Shown one piece after another: positions 1 through 12,774 of a stretch of DNA of 64,000 nucleotides. The position numbers were made by a program, and so were the translations under genes. Positions within the stretch are counted from its first letter, which is position 1. Each line of letters opens with the position of its first letter. Source of the stretch: Watersipora subatra (taxonomy: Eukaryota); NCBI RefSeq assembly GCF_963576615.1, contig NC_088717.1, positions 57,954,749-58,018,748 of the forward strand, written 5' to 3'. The notes under the pieces are model-generated. The model made no database searches, had not been told where the DNA came from, and saw only the letters and a list, made by a program, of their open reading frames with translations.

Positions 1-947
1 CACACAACTTACGAAAATTATTCATCAACAACGTCGAAATCCTTGCATCGAAATCTCATCCACAAATTTAACCATTTTTTTGTAGATTCGTTAAAGTATA
101 ATAACGATACAAAACACATACAACCCTATTTAAACATGTTACCAAGTCTTTGAAAGGTTACCGCAATATCTTAAAACTAACCCATCTGATCGGATTATAC
201 ATAAATGAACAGATTAATTTGGCCGAAAATCGTTATTAAAACTGGCCAAGCCTTACTTTTGTCAACATTAAGACCGGCAAACGAAACGCCGAGCGACAGA
301 GAATAGAACGATTAAGTCATGCGCATTTCACGAAAAAATAATGTGCACATTTCACCAGTCTATAGCATTGTCGAATTGGCGATGGTTTCTGTAATTAACG
401 TAGAAGTACAGAAATCGTTTCTCTTTTGCTGATTTCAAAGTAACTGACATTTTGAAAACTTTTGAGTACTTTGGTATTCTAACTGATGCCCAAAGCAGTG
501 AAAGTAAAGGTAATGACGATGATATTTTTTTCTAACGATTCTAATGAGATTATTACAATATTTAATTATAAGTTTGGATATTCTTCTTGATACTTCTTGA
601 TATTGTTAGCTATGACATTTTGAAATGTAAACAAAATTGTGCATTGGTTTTTTATTATTACTGTATTAATAATATTGGTTATTCTAATAATATCAGTGCA
701 TTTTACTTCCAATATTGCATGTCTCCTATTGCGGAGGGAAAGATATAAACATATAATCTTTTCCTTTCATTATTGCTGTTTGTTGTATATAATAACACCC
801 ACACCCAGTACATTACAGCTACCAATGCAGTTATCCTATTGCACTGCAGTACCATTTGACTGCTAATATTGCATTTCTCAACCATCAGTACCATTTCTTT
901 TTTCCAATATCACTTTGGTCGTGGGCTGTATGACAGTGGAATTTCTA
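1..947 (-). mobile_element. Copy A of a roughly 1.5 kb non-autonomous repeat family. It is truncated by the window edge and lies in reverse orientation relative to copies B and C.
   Basis: Positions 1-72 are the reverse complement of 16044-16115 and 24466-24540. Positions 170-230 are the reverse complement of 24300-24360. Positions 861-947 are the reverse complement of 23064-23150. The terminus is actagaaattccactgtcatacagcccacgacc. Confidence 0.75.
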
Positions 948-3900
948 GTATAGTATTTGTTTCAGATATATAGGTAAGTCTCCAAGAGGGTACTTGGTCA
1001 TTGTAGGGTACAAAAGCAAATGGCTCTGGTCTATTAAGCTCCCAAAATTGCAGCCTTTTCTCGGCCCTTGTATTTCTACGCAAGGGCCGCTGCGGATTGG
1101 CTGCCACTGTCAATAACCATGCCCACCGGTCTGGTTGTCGAGTGATCCGCGTAGTCTGAGGGTTGTGCAGAGTGACACCAGGTGCCTTTAGTGTCGGACT
1201 CAAGAGTCGGACTTGCTTTCCTGAGGTATCGCATCCTCGTTCTTTTAGTTGCCATTGGAGTTCCTTGAACCGAGCCTCGAGTTCTTGGCTCAACTCTGGG
1301 CCCTTGGTAACTTTAGCTTTTGGTTTTGCCAGTTTCAACACTGCTCTCAACTTGGCTTAAACTTCTTGTTTTCTGGCCAAGGCCCCTTTTATATTAGGGC
1401 CTCTGCGAGGTTTTATCGTTGCCAGTGTTCGACCTAACTCCTCGTTCTTCCAGTTGCCATTGGAGTTCCTTGAACTGAGCCTCGAGTTCTTGGCTAAACT
1501 CCGGGTCCTTGAGGAGTCCTCCGAAGACTGTCCTTGATGCTCAATCAGGCAAATGTGGTTGGGCCAGGCTTTAATTGACTTGGTACTGTTCCACAAACTT
1601 TGCCTGGAGCTTTGAGTTATCTCGTTATTGGCGTCTTTTATTCCAAAGTCAAACCTAATCTTATGGGGCATAGAGTTGGGCTTCTCTCTGTCTTCTTGCT
1701 GGATGGCCAGTTGCTCCTCCTTGAGGGCTGCACACACTTTTTCTAGCTTCTTTAGCGTTTCTACCACATTCATGTATGGGCTGTACCTCCGTGGGTGGTC
1801 AGCTGATCTAGCAGATGTGATTTTTGGTCGAGCTTCAGCAAACTGCTTGTCTCCTTGATTGCAGAGTGAGGTGTGCCTTGGTTTGCGCTCATTAGCTGAG
1901 GGAGCAGCTCTTTCCACTTCTTCTTGCTCAGCAGGAGTGCTCAAAGGGCACTCCAGCTGAGTGCCCTTTGAGCATGTCAGTCTCAAGGGCACTGTGGAAG
2001 GCAACAACAGACCCAGCTGTCTGTTGTTGCCTTTCACCATAATGTTAGCTTGAGGGTGGTAGGAGTGGTGTACGTCTTTTCTACCCCCAAAGCTGGCACA
2101 GCTCGGTTATTAGCTAATTTTCAAACTGTGCTCTCTGGCTAGTATAGACTTTCTCCAGCAGGCCCATATAGCAGAACACTCGCTCAGCTAGGGTATTAGC
2201 TACTACTGGGCCTATGGCCTCTGGGAGAGCCAAAGCATCCTGCCAACTTGTGAAGTGGTCCGCTAATACCAGGATCTACTGATTCCCTCATGCCGTTGTT
2301 GACATCAGTCGCACCAGGTCCACGACCACCTTCTGCTAAGGGCATCCTGCACATAGCCTCTCCTTGCAGCCAGCCGTACTTGTGCCTCCATGCTTCACCG
2401 CTTAGTAGACCTCGCAACTCTTAATCAGTCTCCTCACCGTGGCTGTCATTCTTGGCCAATACCAGGTCAGTCACAGTCGACTGGTCATCCCACTCACCCC
2501 AAAGTTAGCAAATGTGTGAGTATGCTAAATGGTTGTCTCTCTTATGGCTGGTTGGCAGACTGGGCACCATCAAGATTGGCCATGGGGATGTCCAAGCCTT
2601 CAGTACTTCATTCGGTCACAGCAGAATGAGTAGCTGGATCTCATGTAGTTGCCGGAGTTCCCGATCTCCCAACTCTAGCTGATTCTGGGTCAATTCCTTT
2701 GCTCAAGCGATGGCTTGGTATATGGTGGCCACCGGTCCCCTGCCTGCATTCGAGCTACATTAGTTTCTTGTTGGCGTCACCTCAAGTCATCCAAGCTGTG
2801 TCGGCTGAGTTGGTTGGTCCTGCGTCAACTTCCCTAATTGCCATGTTGGCAGCAGGCAGGTCCATACAACCAACCGCCTCGCGTGTGGCTTTGGTGACCT
2901 CTAACACGGCTGATGAGCTCCCCTCGAATCTACCAGACAAAGCTTGACTTTCCATAACGCGCTCTTTTCGAGTCGGTCTTTGGTCTCTCAGCTCGATAAC
3001 TCACATTGCTGGCAGTTCTCACTGAGCTATCTGCTGAGCCCATTGGAATTCCCATGGCGGAGTCTGGTTCAGTGTTTCAGAGTACTAAAAATGGCTAAAA
3101 TCTTTACCCACTTGGCTACATGGTTTGAGAGTTCCTTCTTTCTGCATAGCTATTGGAGAAAAGCGTGGTCTGTGCAGAAAAGGAATTATCGTTCGTAGAG
3201 GTAAGGCCGGAGGTGCTTCACGGCCCTAACCGTGGCCAACAGTTCCCTCCAAAGAATACAGTAGTTTCTTTCTCTCGGTGCCAGAGTTTTGCTGCAGAAA
3301 GCGATGACCCTTTTGGTCCTATCCTGTACTTGCGACAGCCCTGCACCGACTCCACAGCCGCTAACATCCGTTTCCAGGATGTACGGCTGGCTTGGATTGG
3401 GGTAGCCCAGCACAGGTGCCGAGGACAGGTGCTTATTCAGCTCCTCAAAGGCCATCCTGTTCTTCCTCATCCCATGTCTACTTTTCCCCATTTTTCTGTC
3501 AGCCAGTACAGAGTCTGTGCTGTGGTAACTCAGGATATATTGCCGGTAGTAGCCTACCATGCTCAGAAAGCCTTGCAACTCTTTGAACCCTCTAAGGGTC
3601 AGTCATTTTCGGACAGCCATCATTTTTTTTTGAGTCAGTAAATACATCTTCAGCGCTAACCACATGGCCTAAGTAACGTACCTATGACTAGAATAGCTCA
3701 CCCTTGTAGCTTTAGTCCGGCTTCTTTCAGTTGCTGAATTACTTTTTTCAACCGGTGTAGGTGGGTATCAAGTCAGGCGCAATGACGATGATGCCATTCA
3801 AGTAGAGTAACAAGGTCTATTAATGCGAGCTGTGTAGTACACACTACATCAGCCTTTGGAAGGTGGTCGGGGCAGAGGTGAGTTTAAAGGGCAGGACCTT

Positions 3901-6330
3901 TCATTTCTGAAGCTGGAGCAGGTAGCAAACGCCGATTTCTTTTGAGCATTGGTGTCCAAGGACACTTACCAATAGCCACTGACTAGATCTAGTGGGCTAA
4001 AGAGCCTGCTGCTAGAGAGGGCATCAAGGCTGTTGTTGATCTGCGAAAGGGGTATGCATACTTCTCAGTAATGGCATTCAGCCGTCGGTAGTCAACGCAG
4101 AAAGCCGTTTTTGTACTCTGCGGTGCGGTACTCAAACTAGAAACAGGTGGTTCGTCATCCACCTGGTGGTCCTCTCCTCCCATTGATTGTGATGCCGGTT
4201 CAGAAATGTTAAAGGTTGATCCGTGGTGTGACTACGCTTCCTTTTGGCCAAGACGCGTTCAAGCTCATTGCCAGCAGTGAGCCCTCTCAGGCAATCTTCT
4301 ATCAGCTTCAACGAGCAGTAGTTCCTTGTAGTGACTTGACACGGAACGGCCATCTCGGTCCCCTCTGGCACCACCATATCCTGCAGTACCTGCACTTTGC
4401 TGAGCAGCAGCTGCCCATGTCTGTCCATACAGGTCAGGGGCTGACCATCCACGGAGACCACAGGCTGCTGGAACTCTAGCTGGAATACGGGCTGCGGGAA
4501 GGGCATCCTAGGATGCCCCTTTTGGTGGCACTAATGTGCCACCAAGAGAGACATCTCTAGAATAGCATCCTTGCTAATGTGACTCGCCACAAAGACCTTC
4601 TCGGTCTTTACATCACAGAGCTGTATGGGCAGACGCATGGCTTTGTAGAGTGGCCGCCAGGTCCCATTGGCCATGAAACTGACTGTCACTCTTTTTGAGC
4701 AAATCCTTCACGCTTTGAGTAAGCTTGTCAAACACTTGTTTGCTTAGCAAGTTCGTGGTTCATATGGTGTCAATGAGAAACTGGATAGGCTGCACTTCCA
4801 GCTTCACGGGGAGCAAGTAGCTTGTAGAGTGGGGCTGGTCCAAAGATTGTGCCCCGATCGGTTTTGTACTATCCTTGCCTCGCGAGGCAAGATCCATGGC
4901 CCTGAATATCCTGAATCTGTTGGGGCAGTCTTTTGAAGTGTCTTTCGAGTATGAAAAGGGGACGTAAGTCAAGTCGGCCTGCCGCTTTTATGGTAAGCTT
5001 TCGATTATTCACCGGCCGGGGTTTTTTGTACTGGGTCTCCTGGGTAACCTCAGGGAAAACATTCTTGGAGCAAGCTTCTAATGTTTTGGTTCAATGTTCG
5101 CATTTCAGCCTTTCCACTTTTAAGGCAGGTTTCTGACAGTGGACCGGCTGGGGTCCATCTAGCTGACTCCAGAGCTCACTCTTGGCAACGCCGTCCGATG
5201 TGGTACAATCTGAGCTGAAGCATGTTTCCATGTCCGTGTTGCCCTCCAGTCATCTGGGTTCCAGCTTTTCTAAGGTCTTGTAGTAATTTTGAAGAGCTAA
5301 GGCCAGGGTCTCCTTCATTGCCATCTCGTCCAGTGTTATAGGCGCAGACCTGCTCTGTCTTGTCTCTCCATTACTCTTTGAGCTCTTTTGGGCTGGAGTC
5401 CCTTCTGGCAGGAGGTCTCCTACCAGTGGGTCAAAGTGCCTTTTGCTGGAGTAGGATTGGTTTGGTTCCTTAGTGCAACCAGTAGTCGGTACTAAGGTTG
5501 CGGCTCTGCCTTTTTTCCCGTTTGGTAGCTTCCGACTGGGGCAGTCATTACGAACGTGTCCCTATTCTCTGCTCTCCAGCATTGTAGAGGCTTTTTCTCA
5601 GTGGCCTCTTGCGGCTGACTCTTCTTTTGCTGTAGCTGCTTGACTTGCTTTGTCAGCTGCCTCATGAGTAGTGCCAACTGACTGTCGATTTGATCTTGGA
5701 CTATAGCAGTCCTCTCCATCTGGGCCTTCTCCATGGACCTGCCAGCCATCGACTGGCATCCCTCAGACTTAACTTTGAGGAACTTGTTGTTTCAGCTCAA
5801 ACTGCATTGGTCAATGTGAGGGTCGGCACTGCCGACAGATGGCCCTGTAGTTCCTAGTGGTTAATGGCGCTTTGAAATAACTCCTTGCCATGTCCTATAG
5901 GCCGCAAGCAAGTTTCCGCAAGCCACTCAGACTAGGCGCTCCACTTGGCAGGCATGCTTCTGGAGGGTAGTGGCTGTGTTTTTTTCAGGGTGCTCAGTTC
6001 ACACTTGCCTGCCCGCCTTTGAGAGAGGTCGAACCAAGCTTGCAGCGCGTCAAAAATGGCCTCTACTCAATCGGCCTCCACTCACCTCCACTCCTCTTGC
6101 AAAACTTTTCGGAGGTGGAGTAGACTGGTGGCTTCTGTCCAGCCGTTTGCTTCTTCCATTTCTTGAAGTCGGCTGAGGAAATACTCCAGGTCTGCCGATC
6201 CAGAGTAGTGAGATGATTTAAACTGACGAAAATGGCTTGTGGGACCACCATCATTCTCTCTAGTACCTCGGCAAGACGGTCTGTACCTCGGTTCATGACA
6301 GCATGCGAACTGAGGTTCAGACAGCACATT
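948..6330 (-). mobile_element. Degenerate Ty3/gypsy-like LTR-retrotransposon internal region. The gene order is gag, PR, RT, RNase H. It is frameshifted and interrupted, and no clear LTRs were found.
   Basis: Minus-strand ORF fragments cover four regions. 6082-6329 has a retrotransposon-gag-like motif (FSGSADLEYFLSRLQEMEEANGW). 5492-5749 is a Gln-rich region with a degraded CCHC zinc knuckle. 3989-4183 has the RT motif CVDYRRLNAITEKYAYPFRR. 3186-3578 is an RT-RNase H junction with YILETDVSGCGVGAGLSQ...IAFCSKTL...ERNYCILWRELLATVRAVKHLRPYL. Stop codons and frameshifts separate the pieces. Confidence 0.8.
3186..4506 (-). pseudogene. Fragmented pol (protease, RT and RNase H pieces) of the gypsy-like element
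   Basis: Three minus-strand ORFs at 4132-4506, 3989-4183 and 3186-3578 sit in different frames and carry canonical RT and RNase H motifs. No intact pol is present. Confidence 0.7.
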
Positions 6331-9300
6331 CGGAGTTCATCCTAGTATCAATTTTTATGAGAATACCTTGCAGACCCTTGAAGGCGGTCTGCCCTTTGGG
6401 CAGCTAAGGCTCTCTATGATCAGGAGATGATCTTGCCTCGGAGCACTCTTTTCTTTGGCACTCTCCCCTTACTATCACTTGATTAGCGTCGGTTCGAGCA
6501 GTTCTCTTACTATCACTAGGATAGTCTCTGTTAGAGCATCCATTCTGTCGCTTCTTGTGGAATCGGGATCCCCGATTCCACTGCTACCACCAGTGTATAG
6601 GCAACTGACCTGTTCCCTTTACTGCTCCGCAAGAACCAAAACAATTAAGTGCAAGGCAATAGAGACATACATTTATTAATATATAAGCATAGGCCTACAA
6701 GCAATTCAAAGTTTGCGCATACATTGAACAGCATGCAAGAGACTGCCAGGGATCTGTCTTTCTTGGCTCATCTGGACTCCTTTTATACTCGTTCGTCGTT
6801 GGCTGCTCCTACTGCTCCTACGACACCAGCTTTTTTGACGCCACTGCCTTGCACGGCGTCAGAGCAGGCTGTGGCTTGGCTCAGTCATGGCGTCGGTCCT
6901 GAGGCTGGCTAGGCAGCCAGCCCTTGCCTCGGCGATCTTCCGCCACACTTGCACGATTGAGTAAGCAAATCCTACTGTACATGTAACTCCCGATACAAAT
7001 CACAAAGACTAGTACTACAAGGTATAACACTAAGGTGATGCTACAATAGATATGACACTAAATTTGCTGCTTTTCCACTTCAACTTGAGAAGCTTTATGT
7101 AGACGGTTAACCTGACACTTGAATTTATAAGTTACTCAGGATAATGCTTGTCTGTGAAGACTTGCTACAGTAAAGAACTATTTACTAGATTACCTGACTT
7201 GCAAACAACATGCTGTGGTTTTATTTTTGGAGAGGCTTACACGTGTAGGCAAAAAGGGCGTCCAACCATAAATTGTTTTCTCTGCCAGCATACCGAAGTT
7301 GGGGCTCCATCTAAGGCATTTTGGTTGATCACTGATATCAAATGTGACAGTGCTTCCACTGATGCCCTCTTTCAGATATTTCGGCACCGCGTTTCTTCTG
7401 ATGCTAAAAGAGTTGCAGCAAGTTAATCGCTTGGTAAATGCAAGAACAACCTAAGCATGCTTTCATATCTCTGCAGAGTTTTGAATGGAACTCTCCTGCG
7501 TGTACACCTAAACAGATTCGTGTCTAAACTAAATTAGAGACATGTTTAATCAGAGCCTGTGAAAAAAGACTGCGTGTCTCAAAATCATAGTTGTGGTTGG
7601 TGTAAGCAGCTAAAAAATTTTGTTCATCAACTACATGTATTTGGTTTGTTGCAGGATTTTGTAAGCACATAGAATGGTATCACCAACACTCATTCAAGAT
7701 GAGAGAATGAGCACAAAACTGAAAACAAGGGATTTGAGGAACCCATCCTTAAAATCCCCAGCTGGTAGGTCAAGGCTACTCCAGTGTGTTAGCCATTTTC
7801 ACAAAACTTGTGCAGCTGTGTCGAAGTAACAATGTTGAAACAAAGTATGTAGCGTGTTTGAGTCTCTTGTTGTTGTTATGACATTAAGTTGAATAGTTAA
7901 GATGGATGTGAGCAGGTCATAACATTTATATTGTGTTCAGCGATTCTTTAAAGCAGTCATAGATCTGTTAATTTTTAATTTTAATTTGTAAGGTTATACA
8001 ATGGTACTCTATTGGCTGCAGTTGTCTTGTGGGCATGTCTGTTTGGAATGAGGTGCTGCATCTTATTATCGGTTGTCGTTAATTTACATAGATAGAATTC
8101 AATGTGTACAAGTGGACAAATAGAGGTATCTGATGGCTATAGACCTGGATGCCTGCCATAGACATGTATACTGGCCAATGCTCATAGAAACTGATTGAGA
8201 CACAATTCAATATGCTGTTGCTAGAAACATTTCATTCTTTGATTTTAGAAAATTAGTGAACATTTTGTTGTATTTGTGTGTAGGCTCACTCTTGCAAGGT
8301 CACAGCCTGAGTCTCTCAGTGAAAGCTGCTCCACGAGAGACAGTAGCGGATAGGCTAAGAATAACTTCAAGTAGGGTCAAGGCTCGATCTCCTTCAGACT
8401 TGGCGAACCCTCTGCTTGAGTCCTCTACAGTCATCACAAGTAGGCAGCCTTTTTTTATTTTACCTCTTTGCAACTCTAAAAGACAATTACAATTTTTTAT
8501 TTATGGTTGGTATTGTAAAATAGTAGCAGTCAGCGGCAATGACCTTATATGATATTGATACCCTCTGGCATGATGTCATTCAGGTATCAGTTATAAGACT
8601 AATGAAGATTGCACACCTAATCTGGCATTAGTTTTATTTCTGCTAGGATGAAAGGAATGGAGTAAAACTTAATCTTTCTTAAAATGCTAGGATATTAATG
8701 TCAATACCAAGTGACTCCAGATGTGCATGTAGAATCTCTGTTTATGAAGAGGCCTGCTGTAAGATACAAAGATCATAACACACGCTCTACGCTACAGTGA
8801 GAATGAAACCGCTTAGTTGCGTCTATTTTAAGGTTTGTAGCAACAACTTTTATGAAACCACAGGAGTCCCTCGATACTTTGCGGTGTAGCTTTCGTGGCT
8901 TCAGTACATGGCTGGGCAAAAAATACGTTAAAAGTATTAAAAAGTTATTACATTATTATTACGTTATTATTATTACGTTATTATTATTACGTTATTACGT
9001 TAAAATATTGAAAAGTTAAAAACAAAAGAAAAAAAAACACTCAAATACAGAAATCTCTCATACTCAGTGAGATCTCTCTGCAAGGGTTATTGTCATAGCA
9101 GTCGTAAAAGTTCACTGTTTTCCTGTTATGTTTTGTGAAGCGTAAAAGTGCCAAGTACCTGTGACACCCTTCATCATGAATCTTAAAGACCTTTGACCAT
9201 CTAAATTGTCTAATTAACTTAAGAAAAATATGAAAATACTTATGATTAATGAAAAGTGATTTTATTAGGTATGAGTTTGTTAGTTTCTATCCCCAGATTT

Positions 9301-10824
9301 TCACTTTTAGAGGAGTGGTGCCATTCCCGATTAGTTACGAAAAATGAAAGATTACTATAAACAAAATCTTTGAAATCATTTGCTGCTACTGTATCGATTA
9401 TGGCCTCTTGAGCATTGGTTTTGCCAACTTGTGGTTTAATTAGCTAGATTTCTTAGCACTTCTAAAACTACAACATTTACCATTTGATAGAGTGAATTTC
9501 TTGTTGCTTTGGTAGAAGGCAGAAAGGGTGGTTACAACACCGCAACGAGTAGTTTGAAAACTTGTCACAAGTTGTCATCAACTGACAAGCCAAGTCTGAC
9601 CAACAAGCTGCTGACCAACCATGCCACAAATACGCTGGGTCTTTCTGCTAGCGCAAGACAGGTTACGAGGCTTGCTTCCACTCTGACCTCCACCCTTGCT
9701 ATCAACCTAAAGGTAAGCACTGTTTAACAGCTGACGCAAATAACCATTTTGCCAACCATTGCCTGATTCTATCCATCTGCTCGCTAGATGACCTTCACCT
9801 TTCCTGCACCTACTACCTGTTTGATTACCCTATCTGCTTTACCAAAAACATAATTATGCTTGTATTCTGCTTACCTGTGGTTTTCTTCTGTATCTGCCTT
9901 TCTCTTCAGTTTTTACAAAATTTGTTCTGTGTCATCCAGCCGACAGTCTAGTCAGGTTATGTAGTAATCACACTAGTTGTCTAGGAAAATCCCACCAATT
10001 AAAAACACGAATGTATGTTAGCTCCCTTATTAAACTGAAGCGTTACTCCTATGTAGATCATAGAAATACTGGGACCCTTTGTAGCCTTTTGTTGACCCCT
10101 TGATGACCTTTCATTAGCATGTTTATACTACTTGGCAGCCATTTTACAAGAGGTGTGTTGGGATAACCTAACTGTTTTTAAGACACATAATTTTCTTCTC
10201 ATGATTTATGCTAAAAGTTAAATAAGGAGTTACCCATCCTTGCCTTTTGTTTACTTGTCAAAATGTTCAAGTTTTTCCTGCTTGTTTATACATTAATTCA
10301 TAACATTTAGATGTTTTCTTATATGTGAAAGAGCTGAAACAAAAATTTATGCATTTTTTGTCTTTTATAAAATTTGGATCTGTAACATTGAAAACCTGCA
10401 ATGGAATACCAATAACCTCTCCTGATATCCAAACTGTTCCAATCTGAGATGGCTCACAGAGACGGCAGCAGAAGACAAAATAAACCTGAATATGACTGCG
10501 TTATGCAACCAAAAAGTTTGGGTCACCTAAAAAAGTGCGTGGCATGTAGAGAGTTGTAACTTGACTAGAGTTTACCAACATAAACAATGTTCTGCTGTGG
10601 AATCAAATTTCAAAAGTGGCAGACATAATACACATATTCATCTACAAATTAAAATAATTTTTGAGCTAGGATTATTTTGAATTAAACAGCGGTCTGCCCA
10701 CAGTAATTGTTCTCTCTTTCTCTGCCTTATGATCAGGTCTCTCAGGTCTCTCACACACAAATAATAATGAGTTCAAATGTTTTTAGCCTTCCTATACCGC
10801 TGACCTTACCACTGACCTTACCAG

Positions 10825-10960
10825 CAACATGTCTGCCCACCTCTCCCAAACTGTGGAAGTTCCTTCTTCACTCCAAAAGAATTTGCACATTCAAAAGAAA
10901 ACCAATTTTATAGAGAGACCAAAAGTGGAGAAAAAATCTAGAAAGCGAGCAACAACAGAG
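10825..10960 (+). CDS. TEP1: TEP1-like exon B. It contains the candidate start codon at 10829, or it is joined in phase 2 from an upstream exon.
   Basis: The acceptor is ccag|caacATG and the donor is gag|gtttgt. Peptide MSAHLSQTVEVPSSLQKNLHIQKKTNFIERPKVEKKSRKRATTE. Its end phase of 0 matches exon C. Confidence 0.5.
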
Positions 10961-11328
10961 GTTTGTTTACATTTGATTCCATTTAGAGCAAGGTATGACA
11001 ACTATGAGTGACAACATTGAATGACTTGGCATCTACAGCACTACACCTGTTGCACAGGGACCTCGTGTAACATTTATGATTAGTTTTCCAAGGTCATTTT
11101 CTTAATGGTGTCTACTTGAAATCGGATGGATTGCTGTGATCAACTAAATAACTCATTCAAAATCTTGAAATTTGCTTTGGCAGTTTGCACCTAAAACCCA
11201 GACAGGTTTGAACTTTGGTAAAACAGTTTCATTCTAAATGGCTATCAACCTAATCGTCCTGGAGAGTAAATACATTTTTATAACAAGTAATGCAATTAAC
11301 AATCATCTCTTGCACAAACTACCTGCAG

Positions 11329-11487
11329 TTGCTGGAAGACACGTTACCTAAGATGCCAAGGTACAGTCTAGACTGCAGCTCGGTGAGAGTTCCTGGTGAC
11401 GATAAAGAGGTGATGATGGAGTTCACATCTCCACCCTCAGCGGAGCCGGTGCCGGCCCAGAAGACCGATCACCTTGACAAGACCAAG
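11329..11487 (+). CDS. TEP1: TEP1-like exon C
   Basis: Splice sites cag|ttg ... aag|gttcta. Peptide LLEDTLPKMPRYSLDCSSVRVPGDDKEVMMEFTSPPSAEPVPAQKTDHLDKTK, which resembles human MPSYSLSLGEESEVEDLAV. Confidence 0.6.
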
Positions 11488-11796
11488 GTTCTAGTATAGT
11501 TGCTTTTCTGACATACTTGAATTAATTTTCATGCCAAATTAAATGGTTGGTGTTGACGCTAGCTTTGCTGCGATTTTCCGGTAAAAACACATATTCTATT
11601 TGAAGGTATTGAAGCAGCAAGTTGGTGTACTAGCAATTAAATACAGGGTTTACACATGAATGCGAGTGCACTCGGCTACACTTGCTATGGGTGTTTGATC
11701 AGTACACAGCGCAAGGGTTGAAGCTATTTTAGTTTAATTCTTAGTTGCGTGTTTAGGTTGGCAGCAGAGAATGAAATATTTTCCCTTTTTTTACAG

Positions 11797-11931
11797 CGCC
11801 AATTTATCAATGCCATGAGTGCAGCTCTTCTCATGTCACCCAACTTCAAGTGCGTCTCTGATAAAACTCGCACCTCATTTGTCAGCTTGTGTGACAGCAT
11901 CGCTGACATTGATCCAGAGTTCATTCTTAAG
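11797..11931 (+). CDS. TEP1: TEP1-like exon D, the start of the TROVE domain
   Basis: Splice sites tttacag|cgc ... taag|gttggt. Peptide RQFINAMSAALLMSPNFKCVSDKTRTSFVSLCDSIADIDPEFILK. Human has ...ELALLEPEFILK at this point. Confidence 0.7.
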
Positions 11932-12548
11932 GTTGGTATTAGTCGACAGACCTTTCAGTCTGCATCTAAGCATTCATTTTGTTTATTACTGCTCTACAGG
12001 CATTGAGTGTATTTGTATTCTCTCACACTTCAGGCTTTTTACTTAAAAAGGGAATTCCTTGCTGTTTAATTCTGTTCATCTGTTTATCACTCTGTAAGAG
12101 AGATATGGATTAGGAGTTGTGTGCACATTGAGTTGCTGTGTGATAAGTGTTGCAATGGACCCTCACATGTTGCGAACTAATGTGGGCGCTTTATTAAAAT
12201 AAGGATTTTTATGCCAACGGTCATGGCGGCACACTCGGAACTGCTCAACTCAAAATAGTAATGACTAAAGCGTGAAAATGTCTCAATAGTTTGCAAGTAA
12301 CAAAACTCACAGATGTTTGCTTCATTCCATTTTGCGAATGAAAACAGTTTGTATAACTGTTTGCCAAAGGTACGATTTTGTATGATGTAATATGCTGTAA
12401 AATGTTGTCACAACCAGCCGTTGGACAAATCTCGCATTTGCTCAGGCTTGTGCATAATATTCTTTTGCATGAGGAGAGTTTTCAAGTCAATTGACACAAG
12501 ATTGTACATATAAAGAAACGATGCTTGCAGCACCCTATTTATTGCTAG

Positions 12549-12710
12549 GTTGCCATATACAGTCGCAAGGATCTGAACATAAGAGCAGTAAGCAATTTCC
12601 TGCTGGCGGATGCAGCCCATCGTCCTGTATGCAGGCCATTCTTGAAGAAGTACTTCAAAAGTACAGTTATGCTGCCTTCCGACTGGATAGAGGTGGCTGA
12701 GATTTATCAG
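12549..12710 (+). CDS. TEP1: TEP1-like exon E, TROVE domain
   Basis: Splice sites ttgctag|gtt ... atcag|gtctgc. Peptide VAIYSRKDLNIRAVSNFLLADAAHRPVCRPFLKKYFKSTVMLPSDWIEVAEIYQ, which is about 50% identical to human ASLYARQQLNVRNV...LPSDWIQVAELYQ. Confidence 0.85.
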
Positions 12711-12774
12711 GTCTGCCAATTACAATGAATTGTCTCCTCTTGTGCATACATATATTTCTATAAGAAGCTGAAAC

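Noticed and set aside
6400-9500. Short ORFs (for example 6649-6912, 7148-7426) between the gypsy remnant and TEP1
   Set aside because: No splice-site framing, no recognisable motifs and compositionally ordinary. They are treated as intergenic or possible promoter space.
12408-12719. 103 aa minus-strand ORF overlapping TEP1 exon E
   Set aside because: It is antisense to a strongly conserved TROVE exon. It has no homology or splice context and is a shadow ORF.
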